42,409 nt of DNA from Comamonas sp. (GTDB lineage: Bacteria; Pseudomonadota; Gammaproteobacteria; Burkholderiales; Burkholderiaceae_C): NCBI GenBank assembly GCA_037968595.1, contig JBBKVU010000421.1, positions 1 through 42,409 of the forward strand, in the 5' to 3' direction. A program made the translations under genes and the position numbers. This document shows, piece after piece, positions 15,730 to 25,964 of the stretch. Under the pieces are notes generated by a model. It had not been told where the DNA came from. It was given only the letters and a program-made list of their open reading frames with translations, and searched no databases. Position 1 is the first letter of the stretch. Each line of letters opens with the position of its first letter.

Positions 15730-17597
15730 CGCTTGGCCCCGAATACGGTGATGGTTGAAGAGGCGCAAGCCTTGCCTGCAGTGTTGGTGGTGTTGAGGGA
15801 GAAAGTGTAGGTGCCTGGGCCCAGCTGCACGGAGGAAGAAACCGTTACCGGGAAATAGGGGCTGACACCGCCGCTGGAGTTGGAATAGGACTCCGAAAAG
15901 GTCCGCCCGTCGACACGCAGGCGAAAGTACGCCTCAGAGATCCAGGCGCCGAAGAATGTGGCGGTGACAAGCACGGTGCCGGCCTGGTCCAGCGTGATCG
16001 TGACGCTGGCCGAATCGCCGCTGCCCGTGCTGGTTCCCGGCACGGTCACCGAGTTGCCGGCTATCTGCAGCGTGCCCACGGCGGCTTGGCCGATGTAAGC
16101 CGTGCCAATGGCCGCCGTGTCCATGAACGTGCTGATGTTGTTGGTCGAGATGCGCGTCAGCCGGTTCACGAAATCTGTCGTCTGAAGCACATAGCCATTG
16201 GGGAGCTTCACGGTCTCCCCTATCACTGCGCCGTTCTGTGTGGCCATGGTGCCCAGGCCGTCCACCTGGGCCGCCTTGATGTTGCGCACCCACTGCGCAT
16301 CCAGGCCGTTGACGTCTACGATCACATTGCCCTGGTTGTCGCGCACTGTCAGGCCGCGGGTGTCGATCTTGCGCGCGGCCACGGTTCCGTCGACCAACAC
16401 GTCACCGCTGAACACTGCTGCGGGGATGGTCCAGGCCGTGCCCATCCAGTAGCGGGTCTGCGTAAAGCCCACGCCGGTAATCGTCACGACATCGCCCACC
16501 ACCAGATGGTTGTTGTTGGGCGCCGTGCCGGCGTTGCCCAGCGCACGCCAGACCGATTGGCGCGCAGTGGTGTCGCTCCAGTTGATGCCGCTTGCCGAAA
16601 GCAGGACACCGCCGCGCAGCCCATCGCTCAGCTTACGGCCAGTGCCATCGACACGCAAATTCCCCTTAAGGTACACATTGTTCTGCAGGTAGATCCCTTG
16701 GCTGTCGACCCCAAACACAACATCCTCGGCGCGCGGCGTGCGCAACAGCCCGCCACTGTAGTTCGGTGCCACGATGGCGAACTTGTCGGCCATGATGATG
16801 AACGCGCTGGAAGTCTTGCCGTTCACTTCTTCTGCAGCGATGCCAAACCCCGCCAGCGCGCCGCCGGCTTGCACCTTGAGCGTATATTGCGCGCGTAGCC
16901 CTTCGGCATAGCCTGCCACCACCGTCATTTCCTCCTCGAGGCTCGCGCGCCCGGGCGTGCCGTCCTGGTAGTAGTTGCCCAGCGACGCCTGCAGCTGCAG
17001 CACGTTCGTGGCCATGGCTCGCTGCCCGTCGCTCCAGGCTGCCTGCGTGGCGCGCAAGCCCGCGCTGGCACGGCCCACGCTGGCGGTGATTTCGCGGATG
17101 ACCATGGCCATGCTGCGCTCGTTCGACTGGATGATGGTCTGCACATCGCGAATCGCCGCGCCGCGCTTTGACGCCTCATCCGCAATGGAACGCACCAGCT
17201 CGTCGCGGATCTCTTTGGCGAGGTGGTCAAACCTGCTGGGGTCATCCAGGGTCTTGGCAAGGCTCTTGAAAAGGCGCGAGTCGATGATGGATTGAGCGAA
17301 GCGCTCCACCGCGACCGTCGCAGAAAGCCCGCCGCCCAGGTCCAGAAGCACCTCGCCGTCGGCCGGTGTCTTCCCTGCTGCCAGCAATTGCGTGACACTC
17401 TCCACCTGACCGGTCATTGCGCGCAGCTCGCGCACGGTCACGGCGCGCTCGTTGTCGTTGCCGCGCTCACCCTCGCGCACCTGCAGGCGCTCGGTCACGG
17501 CATTGACCCAGTTGGACAGTCCGGGGTCTTGGAGGTTGACCCTCGGAAGCGCCGGCAGCCGGGCCACGCCCGTATCAGTTTTGATGCGGTTGGTCAT
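15726..17597 (-). CDS. Tail tip / host-specificity protein (DUF1983, lambda J C-terminal-like)
   Basis: AQYTLKVQAGGALAGFGIAAE...SAFIIMADKFAIV and beta-rich C-terminus. Confidence 0.75.
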   Translation of the reverse strand: MTNRIKTDTGVARLPALPRVNLQDPGLSNWVNAVTERLQVREGERGNDNERAVTVRELRAMTGQVESVTQLLAAGKTPADGEVLLDLGGGLSATVAVERFAQSIIDSRLFKSLAKTLDDPSRFDHLAKEIRDELVRSIADEASKRGAAIRDVQTIIQSNERSMAMVIREITASVGRASAGLRATQAAWSDGQRAMATNVLQLQASLGNYYQDGTPGRASLEEEMTVVAGYAEGLRAQYTLKVQAGGALAGFGIAAEEVNGKTSSAFIIMADKFAIVAPNYSGGLLRTPRAEDVVFGVDSQGIYLQNNVYLKGNLRVDGTGRKLSDGLRGGVLLSASGINWSDTTARQSVWRALGNAGTAPNNNHLVVGDVVTITGVGFTQTRYWMGTAWTIPAAVFSGDVLVDGTVAARKIDTRGLTVRDNQGNVIVDVNGLDAQWVRNIKAAQVDGLGTMATQNGAVIGETVKLPNGYVLQTTDFVNRLTRISTNNISTFMDTAAIGTAYIGQAAVGTLQIAGNSVTVPGTSTGSGDSASVTITLDQAGTVLVTATFFGAWISEAYFRLRVDGRTFSESYSNSSGGVSPYFPVTVSSSVQLGPGTYTFSLNTTNTAGKACASSTITVFGAKR

Positions 17598-20170
17598 ATA
17601 GCGCGCAGCTCCTCGGTCGTGGAGCACAGCACCACCGATGTGACGCGCGCGGCGCCCTCGATCTCCACTTGGTGCTCAAGCCATCGACCGGGTGGCAGCC
17701 GCTGCGGCTCCAGATTGGTGAAGGCCGCGGTGTGACGCAGCTGGCCGTCGCCCCACAGCCGCAGCGTCACCGGGTGCGCGGCATCCTGCTGGCCATAGAC
17801 CTTGGCCCAGGCCAGCGGCAACTGTTGGCCTTGCGTGGCAAGGCCGGTCTTCCACCGCGCCGCGCGCAGCTCAGCGCCAGAGAAGCACTCCATGATGTTC
17901 TCGCCTTGCGCGAGGTACATGAGGTCATTGAACTTGTCGACCCAGACCGCTGTGCCCGACAGCGCGACGCGACCGAGCTTCATGCCGTCTTGGAGGCTGA
18001 ACGCCAGGCACCCGCCACCGGAACCAGCGTAGAACAGGTAGTAGACACCCTCATGCTCGGCCGCGAACATCGTCGCCGGCTGCAGCGCCTGCCAATCCTT
18101 GCGCGTGATCAGCTGCCGGGTCACGACTTCGACGCCGCGCGCGCTGGCCAGGCACAAGCCATCGGGCGACGCATAGAGCACGCCGCCCTGCACGCTCACG
18201 ATCGAGCGCCGCGCCGCGCACGATTGATTGCTCTCCAGCTTCAGGGCCGACATCGATGCCGAATGCGCACCGGTCACGAAATACGGGTTGCCGGTCGTGC
18301 CCACGAACAGCGTCTGGTCGAACACCCCGAAGCCAACCACCGGAAACTCTGTCGTCACCTGGTAGTCCACCGGCCAGGCATATGGGATATACGGCTCGCA
18401 GAACGCCACCGTGTTGTCGATGAAGCCAGCCATGATGCCGTTGGGCATTCCGACCAGCCCGCGCAGATACGGGTTCAGGCCCACGGTCGGCTTGTTGTCT
18501 CCCTCATACTGAGAGTCCATGCGGTACGGCGGCGCCGACCAGGTGAACTGCGGCTGCAGGCTGTCGAGCTCTTCGCCTTTCTTGTCATCGAGGAACGCGG
18601 CCACCGTGATTTGCATCTCCTGCACCAGCTGCCAGGCTGCGGCCGTGCTCGATGTGTTGCTACGGTACAGCCGCCACTTCACGATGCTGCGCGCCGCGTA
18701 GCTCTCGCCGGTCATCAGCGACGGCCGCGCCACCAGCACCGCATCGTTCGCGTCCGCCTCGAGCATGTCCGATAACGGCGACGGTTCGGACTCCTCGCCC
18801 CAGTCCGTGACCAGGGCTGCCACGTAAAAGCGGGAATCCACCACGCGTTCGACCGTCTCCCCGGCCAGGGAGGCCACGCCGCCCAGCTTGTCCAACCAGG
18901 TGCCAACCATATCGGGCGATCCTGTCGCCGCCACGTATTGCTTGCTCAGCTGGGTCTGGATGCTCGAGACCAGCGAGGCGCAGCGCTGCTGGATTTCGAT
19001 CATCCGTGAATTCATGCTGTCTGCCTGGGAGGTCGCGGCGGTCTTACCCTCCGTGTACTTGTCGAGCGCGACATAGTAAGCCTCCAGTGCCGCCTGATAC
19101 TGGACCCACGCAGGGCTCTCGGCAACAACCTCCCCGTCCCCACCGCCGCCTTGCCATTGCGGTTCGGTCGGGACCGAAGGTTTCACGGGTGCCGTGCCCG
19201 GCGTGACCCAGGACTTGTTCAGCGCCAGCTCTGCAAACTCTTTGACCAGCCGATCCAGCTCGCTGCGCCAGTTCGCGCATTCCGTGCCGGGCGCAGTCGC
19301 GGCCACAACCATGTCGACCAACTCGTCTGCCTGGTCAGCTGTGAAAACGGTTTCGCCCGCGCGCTCCCCAGCGGTTGAAGGCAGCTCGTGCAGCTGCAGC
19401 GCCTCGATCAGGTTGGCCCGACGGAACTGGTAGGTGAACGGCATGGCCGCTACGGGCACCGCCCAGCCTGTGCTGGTCTTGATTGCGCCCAAACGGGTCA
19501 TATCCATTTCCGTGGCGGTAGCGCGCGCCTCCGCAATCAGCGCATAGAGATTGTCCGGCGCCGCGCCCGCGCCGGCGGCGCTGGACAGCGCCAGCCCATA
19601 GTTGGAAGTCGGCCCGGCATACGACTTCCCCGATGCATCCCAACGAATGGCTGTAGGGTTGGCCGCATGCTGTATCACCGTGGCCAACAAGTCCCGACGC
19701 ACCATCTCCGCGAAGTCGCCATAAAGCCAGGTGTCCGCTTCTTCGGCCGTGAACTCATCGACCGCTTGCAGCGTCACGGTCGGCTTCACCGGCCGAGGCA
19801 CGCCCAGCAGCCGATCATTGCCGCGCATGTCCAGCGCGCGCGGGCGCTCGCTGCCGTCGTTGGTGGTGCGGTAGGTTCGCTCTGTCGCTTCGTCATTGAT
19901 CTGCCCTTTGACGAAGGAAAGCTCCTGGGCATAGGAGCGAATCAACGCATCGGGGTTCTGGATCACCGCGCCCGTGGTGTCGCGGTTGAAGCGGTGCAAG
20001 GTCTTGGCGCCGGCGACGCATGCCGAGTGGCGGCGATCGCCGGCCAGCGGCCAGAACTCGCCGCTGGGCAAGAACAGGTTTTCATTACGGCGCGCGAAGC
20101 TCGCGCCAAGGGAGCGATCGGAGACGCTTGGCGCCTCGCCTGCAAACGCATTGAGCCGGTAGGTCGTCAT
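17594..20170 (-). CDS. Tail hub/nozzle-like structural protein (858 aa)
   Basis: WGEESEPSP, FCEPYIPYAWP, VLYASPDGL motifs; position in the tail module. Confidence 0.65.
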   Translation of the reverse strand: MTTYRLNAFAGEAPSVSDRSLGASFARRNENLFLPSGEFWPLAGDRRHSACVAGAKTLHRFNRDTTGAVIQNPDALIRSYAQELSFVKGQINDEATERTYRTTNDGSERPRALDMRGNDRLLGVPRPVKPTVTLQAVDEFTAEEADTWLYGDFAEMVRRDLLATVIQHAANPTAIRWDASGKSYAGPTSNYGLALSSAAGAGAAPDNLYALIAEARATATEMDMTRLGAIKTSTGWAVPVAAMPFTYQFRRANLIEALQLHELPSTAGERAGETVFTADQADELVDMVVAATAPGTECANWRSELDRLVKEFAELALNKSWVTPGTAPVKPSVPTEPQWQGGGGDGEVVAESPAWVQYQAALEAYYVALDKYTEGKTAATSQADSMNSRMIEIQQRCASLVSSIQTQLSKQYVAATGSPDMVGTWLDKLGGVASLAGETVERVVDSRFYVAALVTDWGEESEPSPLSDMLEADANDAVLVARPSLMTGESYAARSIVKWRLYRSNTSSTAAAWQLVQEMQITVAAFLDDKKGEELDSLQPQFTWSAPPYRMDSQYEGDNKPTVGLNPYLRGLVGMPNGIMAGFIDNTVAFCEPYIPYAWPVDYQVTTEFPVVGFGVFDQTLFVGTTGNPYFVTGAHSASMSALKLESNQSCAARRSIVSVQGGVLYASPDGLCLASARGVEVVTRQLITRKDWQALQPATMFAAEHEGVYYLFYAGSGGGCLAFSLQDGMKLGRVALSGTAVWVDKFNDLMYLAQGENIMECFSGAELRAARWKTGLATQGQQLPLAWAKVYGQQDAAHPVTLRLWGDGQLRHTAAFTNLEPQRLPPGRWLEHQVEIEGAARVTSVVLCSTTEELRAI

Positions 20171-20178
20171 AGCCTGCC

Positions 20179-20198
20179 AATCTGGCAGGCTTGGCACG
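20179..20198 (-). promoter_or_regulatory. Late-promoter-like motif, leaderless arrangement, perfect dyad
   Basis: CGTGCCAAGCCTGCCAGATT followed by GGCAGGCT and ATG 20170. Confidence 0.75.
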
Positions 20199-20208
20199 CA
20201 TCGCTATC

Positions 20209-20721
20209 TCACTGCGCATCACCGTAAATAAACAGAGCATCGCGATCCCAGCCCATGGCCTCGCAGAATGCGATCACAAGCGGGTTGTCGTAGCGCACAG
20301 TGCCGCGCGTGCGCAGCTCAAAGCGCGCGCGGGCGCGATCGGCTTCAGGCAGGATGTCAGCGAGCGCGTAGAACTCTTCATCGTTCTCGATAGGGATGCC
20401 GTGCTGGTCAAACAATGCGAGGCGGCATTGCGCCATCGTCACCTCCTGCGGGATCGGCGGACGGCGCGCTAGCAATTCGTCGGAATGCATGTTTTCCCAA
20501 TCCACTTGCGAGAATTCGCCCAGAAACCCTTCAACCGCCGTATCGCTTTCGTCCGGGCAGATTCCAAAGAATTGCGGCACCGCGGTCGGGTAAAGGCTTT
20601 CGCGTGCCCAAGCGAACTCCAACCCAGGAATGTTGGGAAAAATGGGTCCGTTCGCCGCTGGCGCATATGCAACGCTTACACCCGTCAAGCAGTCAACGTA
20701 TGTGAACTTGATGAACTTCAT
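20209..20721 (-). CDS. Tail-fibre-associated (chaperone-like) protein
   Basis: Directly downstream of the fibre; IPQEVTMAQCRLAL...DALF C-terminal pattern. Confidence 0.6.
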   Translation of the reverse strand: MKFIKFTYVDCLTGVSVAYAPAANGPIFPNIPGLEFAWARESLYPTAVPQFFGICPDESDTAVEGFLGEFSQVDWENMHSDELLARRPPIPQEVTMAQCRLALFDQHGIPIENDEEFYALADILPEADRARARFELRTRGTVRYDNPLVIAFCEAMGWDRDALFIYGDAQ

Positions 20722-20730
20722 TTCCCGCCC

Positions 20731-23163
20731 TTAGATGATGCTTCGGCGCACGGCGCGTATTGGCCGAATATTGGCTTTAGCTACCGGAAACTGATTCCCT
20801 AATGCATCCGCATTGAAGATAACAGTCCATGTTTGAACATCGTTGAAATCCGAAGATGTCCAGTAGTAGTACGACGGGCCTGCAGTAGCTATGAAGCTCT
20901 CCGCGCCGCCAGAATAAAATGCCGCTACGGCGGTTCTTGCCGGAACCGTAGTCGTATATGCCACACCGATGGGGGAGCTATTTGTATTTGTTCCTTGGGT
21001 CGTTGCTTTGTCGTCAAGTGCACCAAGCACCCCGTAATTGAGGGCGCTGACAGGCTTGGTGATGGCAACGTTATTTGACCCCGTCGTCGGCTTTAAGTTG
21101 CGGAAGCAAATTTCCAACTCATCGCGGGAAGGCAAATACCAATCGTAATGCCCTCCTATATTCAGGCTACGGCACCAATGCGCCGCAGGGTATACAGCAG
21201 CAGAGTCTGCATCAACCATCGCTTGCGTCGACCTCTTTCCCTCATTCAAGGTGGCAGAAGCTGCGGGCATTGAGGTATTTGCGTTCTTCAATAGGATGGA
21301 CGCATTCTCGCCAGCAGCTTTAGGGGCCAGGATCACTCGATAACGGGACATGATCGACCAGTCATTGAATGTGGCAGATGTGGATGCGCTGCTTATGTCG
21401 AGGGTAAGAAGAGGCCCGCGCGCATCCGTGACTGCTCCGATCATTTTGTTATTCGGATTCGCTCGCGAGCGCACCTCCAAGATTTGGCCGACATAGACTA
21501 TTGGCGCGCCAGCCATATTGGGCACGGCGAACACTTTTGTGCCTGTGCCTGCGGCCATGGATGTTGAAGACTGAGTGAGTTCGTTCCAAATAAGGCCAGC
21601 GAAAAACCCGCCCTGAAATGCCGCACCTATCGCAGGCGTAGCTTCTGGTAGTGGAATATAAGAAACAAAGTATGCAGTCGTTATGAATGAGGTGACTGCA
21701 GACCAGGACGACCAATCCCCATTAACGTCCTTGTAGCGGACACGCCAGAAATAGTTTGTGCTCGTGCTGAATATGCCGCTCGCAGGAGTGAATGTCGTTT
21801 CGGTGTTGTTGAGATTCAGGTCTATGACGGTGCTGGAAAAGTCCTCGGAGACGGATACCTGCCATTGGCTCCCGGTCATTGGGACGCCATAGAGAGAATA
21901 GTATGTCCCGCCATCGAACTGAGGCGTCTCAGTAACGTCCGTTGCGCCGTTTGCAGGCGTGATGTTCACTGGCGTCTTCACCATGGGTAGCGTCGCAGAA
22001 ATGACCAGATTGCCAGAGCCTATTACGCTCTGGCCGTTGACCGTCTTTACGTTTATGCCGCTTACCAGACTTTCTTGCTTAGCGGAAAGCGCGTCTGCGA
22101 GCCCTTCTACGGTGGAGATATCTTGCGTGCCAGTGTGGCTTGAGCGCGCGCGCAATGCAGCATCCGAAGCATTGGCAGTGGCCGAGGCCGCGATGCCTCC
22201 GAGCTTGGCCTTCTCTGCTGCTGTGAAGTCGGCAGAGGAAAGGCCCTTGCCCGCGACCACATCGACCTTGTCGCCCAGCGCCAGCGACAAACCCTCGATC
22301 GTTGCGATTGACTGGGTGCCCGTGTGAGAGGCGCGCGCGCGCAGCGCCTCGTCTGGTGCATTGGCAGTAGCAGACGCAGCCACGCTGTCGAGCTTCACCT
22401 TGTCGGCTGCTGACATGAAGCCCGCTGCGGCGTTGGTGGCTGCAGCATGCGCCGCGCCGCCGGACCCGACGTGCGAGCCGGGCGTCTTGGCATCGAGCGC
22501 CGTCTGCAACCCCGTCACCGTGGCGATGGCCTGCACACCGGTATGAGAAGCGCGGTCGCGCAGCGCGGCATCGGTCGCGTTCTTGGTGGCCTGTTCCGCG
22601 ATGCCGTCAAGCTTCGCCATATCGGCGTTGGTGTAGTCGTTGGCAGAGAGGCCCTTGCCCACGATCTTGTCGACCTTGCCGCCCAGATCGGCAGCAGTGG
22701 CCATGGCCTGGGCGAAACCGGGATTCGGATAGGAGCCCGAGAGCACACCGCCGGCTGCGCCCGTAGGTGCCCGGGGATTGGACAGCCGCGCGTCAGTGGT
22801 CTGAACATACTGGCCCATGCCCCCAGCGGTCAGGCGCAATTCCACGATGTCGCCCGCGACATAGCTCTTGGGCGTCGTGCCCTCCTGGCCGCGCAGCACG
22901 GTCAATCGGCACTCGCCCAGCACGGCGTTGTCCACGGCGGTGACATGCAGCACTTCGTAGTCGGACTCGGCAGAGCCTGAGCGCTTGAAGGCGGTCAGCA
23001 CATACCAATTTCCCGCGCCGGGGTTCAGCAGCAAGCCGGCCGCGCCGTCGGAAACGCGCAGGACGCCGTAATCGAGCTCGAGCGCCGGGCTGGCGGAATC
23101 AGGCGCCGCCTTTACGCTGGCAATGAACTGCGTCTGGAAATTGTTCAGAAAAAGCTGGGGCAC
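20731..23163 (-). CDS. Tail fibre with three shaft repeats, FN3-like domain and C-terminal DUF1566/Lcl (C-type-lectin-like) domain
   Basis: SHTGxQxIxTxxGL repeats; YFWRVRY; DWYLPSRDELE...YWTSS...RAVR. Confidence 0.8.
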   Translation of the reverse strand: MPQLFLNNFQTQFIASVKAAPDSASPALELDYGVLRVSDGAAGLLLNPGAGNWYVLTAFKRSGSAESDYEVLHVTAVDNAVLGECRLTVLRGQEGTTPKSYVAGDIVELRLTAGGMGQYVQTTDARLSNPRAPTGAAGGVLSGSYPNPGFAQAMATAADLGGKVDKIVGKGLSANDYTNADMAKLDGIAEQATKNATDAALRDRASHTGVQAIATVTGLQTALDAKTPGSHVGSGGAAHAAATNAAAGFMSAADKVKLDSVAASATANAPDEALRARASHTGTQSIATIEGLSLALGDKVDVVAGKGLSSADFTAAEKAKLGGIAASATANASDAALRARSSHTGTQDISTVEGLADALSAKQESLVSGINVKTVNGQSVIGSGNLVISATLPMVKTPVNITPANGATDVTETPQFDGGTYYSLYGVPMTGSQWQVSVSEDFSSTVIDLNLNNTETTFTPASGIFSTSTNYFWRVRYKDVNGDWSSWSAVTSFITTAYFVSYIPLPEATPAIGAAFQGGFFAGLIWNELTQSSTSMAAGTGTKVFAVPNMAGAPIVYVGQILEVRSRANPNNKMIGAVTDARGPLLTLDISSASTSATFNDWSIMSRYRVILAPKAAGENASILLKNANTSMPAASATLNEGKRSTQAMVDADSAAVYPAAHWCRSLNIGGHYDWYLPSRDELEICFRNLKPTTGSNNVAITKPVSALNYGVLGALDDKATTQGTNTNSSPIGVAYTTTVPARTAVAAFYSGGAESFIATAGPSYYYWTSSDFNDVQTWTVIFNADALGNQFPVAKANIRPIRAVRRSII
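22076..22680 (-). repeat. Three ~50-60 aa fibre shaft repeats
   Basis: KLDGIAEQATKNATDAALRDRASHTG / KLDSVAASATANAPDEALRARASHTG / KLGGIAASATANASDAALRARSSHTG; boundaries approximate. Confidence 0.75.
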
Positions 23164-23164
23164 T

Positions 23165-24211
23165 TCAAACCTCCTTGATGGGCACGATCAGCTCCACCTC
23201 TTTGATGCGCCCGTCGTTCGTTGTCGCGGTCACGCTGATCTGGTATTTCTGGCCGCTGGCACCGCCGGCGTAGATCCACACCTTCACGCGCTGGCCTTCG
23301 ATGGCATAGCTGGGTGGCATGGGCATGGCGGGTTGCGCTTTGAGCGCGACGGAAACGATTTCGTCACCAGGTGGAAACCACTCCGCGAACTCGATATCGA
23401 AGTCCTGCGTGTCCGCTGGCTGCATAGGGGCGGTTCTGAACATGCTGGTTCCCTGGTCTGTCACATAGAAAGTGGTCATGCCTGTTGGTACGGTGAAGGT
23501 GCGCGAGTCGGGCGCCGGCTCATCGAACGGCAGGCGCATGTGGATGGCGGGATCGATTTCGATGAAGACCACGCCTTGGAAGGTCACGGGCGCGCGCGCT
23601 TGCACATGGAAGTCGACCGAAGCACTGACCTGGGCTCGGACCAGCGCCGCCAGGCGTGCTTCAACCCGGGAGGTTGTGGCAATGAAAGCCTGTGCTTTGC
23701 CCTCTGCGGGCGCGCGCTGCCAGCGCCGCACATACACCACGCCGTCCGCGTCGATGTCAGCGCGGCCCTGCGCCAGCACCGGCCCACGGCGCAGCAGCGA
23801 GGTCTTGGGAGAAAACTGGGCACGGCCCTGCACTGCGGCACCGCTGCGCGCCAAGGTGTGCGGCTTCGCGCCAATGCTGGCCCGCGCCTTGGCGCCCACC
23901 CGGCCGCGAATGGCCGGCAGCGTCACATCAATGACAACGCGACCGGTGACCGACAACAGCGAACGAATGTCTACCCGGCCCAGCGCGCCTTCGACTGCGG
24001 CGCGTGCCAAGGATTGCGCCGACAGATGCGCCTCGACCCGACCCAGCTTGCCGTCAAGGCTTGCTGCTGGCTCTGCATGCATGACCGCATAGGCCAGCAC
24101 CCGGCCGCGCGCTCTGACCCTGGCGTAGCCTTTGGCGTCCACGCGCACGCGCACCACGGGGTCCGCAGATGCCCCGTTGAGCGCAAAGCCATTGATCTGT
24201 CCACGGTTCAC
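23165..24211 (-). CDS. Virion structural protein, possible fibre-tail adaptor
   Basis: A/R-rich repeats and C-terminal DFDIEFAEW...VKVWIYAGG...TATTNDGRIKE. Confidence 0.6.
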   Translation of the reverse strand: MNRGQINGFALNGASADPVVRVRVDAKGYARVRARGRVLAYAVMHAEPAASLDGKLGRVEAHLSAQSLARAAVEGALGRVDIRSLLSVTGRVVIDVTLPAIRGRVGAKARASIGAKPHTLARSGAAVQGRAQFSPKTSLLRRGPVLAQGRADIDADGVVYVRRWQRAPAEGKAQAFIATTSRVEARLAALVRAQVSASVDFHVQARAPVTFQGVVFIEIDPAIHMRLPFDEPAPDSRTFTVPTGMTTFYVTDQGTSMFRTAPMQPADTQDFDIEFAEWFPPGDEIVSVALKAQPAMPMPPSYAIEGQRVKVWIYAGGASGQKYQISVTATTNDGRIKEVELIVPIKEV

Positions 24212-24226
24212 GCGCGCGCCCCTCGC

Positions 24227-24643
24227 TTACAGCAGCGCCAGCGTGAAGTCGCCCGTAAGTGTCTGGCTGTCGACCACGAACACGTCGTTGATCTGCAGCG
24301 TGCGCGGCGCGGGCAGCGGCTCGGAATACATGAGGGTGGCCGTGGCGTCGCCAGCGGAGTCACCTTCAACGATGCCCAGGTGCGTGACGGTGACCTGCGC
24401 ACCGGTGACGGGCGGGAACTCCGCACGCACCGAGTTGTAGGTGGCGGCATTGGCTGGCGCCGCGAAGGCGCCAGTGGGCACGCGCTGGTACCAGGCCGCG
24501 TTGACCTCAGTGCCGGCTGTGAATGCGTCGGTGGGGTCAGCGGTGAACAGCACGAAAAACGGCGTGCGGATCGCTGGGAAGGATTGGCCGCGCAGCGTGG
24601 CGTTGATGATCGCGTTGCCCAGAGAAGTGGAGAAACCAGCCAT
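24227..24643 (-). CDS. Virion structural / fibre-associated protein (138 aa)
   Basis: AAAGGAAG RBS, own promoter motif, LFTADP...YQRVP...EFPP...VTHLGI pattern. Confidence 0.65.
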   Translation of the reverse strand: MAGFSTSLGNAIINATLRGQSFPAIRTPFFVLFTADPTDAFTAGTEVNAAWYQRVPTGAFAAPANAATYNSVRAEFPPVTGAQVTVTHLGIVEGDSAGDATATLMYSEPLPAPRTLQINDVFVVDSQTLTGDFTLALL

Positions 24644-24661
24644 GAGGCTTCCTTTCGGTTT

Positions 24662-24687
24662 CGAGCACTCCAGCGCCCCGGGTTAAA
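24662..24687 (-). promoter_or_regulatory. 5'-UTR element with GGA-loop hairpin (copy 2)
   Basis: TTTAACCCGGGGCGCTGGAGTGCTCG, nearly identical to the capsid leader. Confidence 0.65.
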
Positions 24688-24699
24688 TTTGTAGTCTGC

Positions 24700-24719
24700 A
24701 GATTGGCAGGCTTGTCACG
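24700..24719 (-). promoter_or_regulatory. Late-promoter-like motif
   Basis: CGTGACAAGCCTGCCAATCT, overlapping the upstream stop codon. Confidence 0.72.
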
Positions 24720-25344
24720 TTGTCGGCGCCATTTCGTTGGCTGCCTTCGACTGCACGCCCAGTGCGTTGTGGAACAGTTCAAGGTGCGCGGCCGCCATGG
24801 TCTGGTTGCCGCCGAATTCCGCATCCTTGGACCAGGCGCGAAACAGGACGAAGTGCCGCAGCGCATCCATCCAGCGCGCGTCCACCGTGGGCGTGGCTGC
24901 CTCGTCGGGCAGGTCCACCACGGCGGCGGCGATCACAGCGCGCACTTTCACGCCCGGGCGCACGGGCGGGTAAACAAGAAACTCCTGAGGCATCCGCATG
25001 TCGTGCATGAAATGCAGGACCTCAAGCGCGGCCGACTGCGAGCGCCAGGCGCCGGCCACAGCGTCCAGCACACGTAGATCGGTTTTCGTGATGCGCCGCG
25101 CCATGGCGTTCGCATTGTTGGTGATGTCGATCAACGTCAGCGCATCAGCTGGCAGCTCTTGCCGCCAGCCAGCGACCAGCGGCAGGACCCGCTCTTGCGC
25201 CAACTGGTCCGGCCGGTACTCAGCGAACGCGCGCTGCGCCGCATTGAAGTAGTCCAGCAGCTCGATGCGCGTCCAGCGGATATGCGTGGCGTCCTGGAGA
25301 TCCCGCGCCGCGTCATTGATGAGCTGGGTGATGGTCAGAGCCAT
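24715..25344 (-). CDS. Head-tail adaptor-like protein (DUF6682-like)
   Basis: LQD..HIRWT..ELLDYFN; FLVYPP; ALRHFVLFRAWSKDAE. Confidence 0.65.
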   Translation of the reverse strand: MALTITQLINDAARDLQDATHIRWTRIELLDYFNAAQRAFAEYRPDQLAQERVLPLVAGWRQELPADALTLIDITNNANAMARRITKTDLRVLDAVAGAWRSQSAALEVLHFMHDMRMPQEFLVYPPVRPGVKVRAVIAAAVVDLPDEAATPTVDARWMDALRHFVLFRAWSKDAEFGGNQTMAAAHLELFHNALGVQSKAANEMAPTT

Positions 25345-25955
25345 TTGGTGCTCCCACGAGAGACGCGCCCGGTGTTAGACCGCCACACGTCGGCGGTCGC
25401 GTCATCGATCGAACGCTGGAAAAATGCCAAGGCCACCGCCGCCTGGTCGGGCTGGTAGTAGTCCGTGCCGGTGGTGTTCAGCAGTTCTGCCTTGGCGCCG
25501 TCGCGAATTGCCTCGTGATAGAGCGATGCCACCGTGTCGGGCACGGTGTTGCTGCGCAGGCTTGGCAGCAGAGAGACGTAGACCTGCACCGCGCCGGCGG
25601 CGCTATGCGCGCCCACGGTGAAATTGCGCAGGTCGGTGGACACCAGGTAGGCCCGCCCCTTCTGCGCGTGCCGTGATGGATCGCCCGGTAGATCGCGCGC
25701 GTTGGCGACTTCGAGCGTGCGCCCGTCCATCGTCGCGCGCTCCAGCCGCAGCAACTCCGAGCCTTGCGGCAGTTCGAACGTGTATTCCTTGAAGGCCTCG
25801 CCCGTGATGTCCACGGGCTCGAGCCATTCCTGCCAGGCCCGTGTGGGGCGCAGGAAGGCTCGCGCCGCGCGGTTCAGGCACTGATGGATGAGCGGTACCG
25901 GCGCCGTGGGGGCAGCCAGCACCAGCTCGGGCATCCAGTTATCCCACGAAGCCAT
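25335..25955 (-). CDS. Probable head-completion / adaptor protein
   Basis: Position after the capsid genes; AARAFL..TRAW and AIRDGAKAELL patterns. Confidence 0.55.
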   Translation of the reverse strand: MASWDNWMPELVLAAPTAPVPLIHQCLNRAARAFLRPTRAWQEWLEPVDITGEAFKEYTFELPQGSELLRLERATMDGRTLEVANARDLPGDPSRHAQKGRAYLVSTDLRNFTVGAHSAAGAVQVYVSLLPSLRSNTVPDTVASLYHEAIRDGAKAELLNTTGTDYYQPDQAAVALAFFQRSIDDATADVWRSNTGRVSRGSTKWL

Positions 25956-25964
25956 TGCCGCGCC

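Noticed and set aside
20731-21200. Diversity-generating retroelement targeting the C-type-lectin-like fibre tip
   Set aside because: No reverse transcriptase ORF and no adenine-variant template repeat seen in the window; an element outside the window cannot be excluded.
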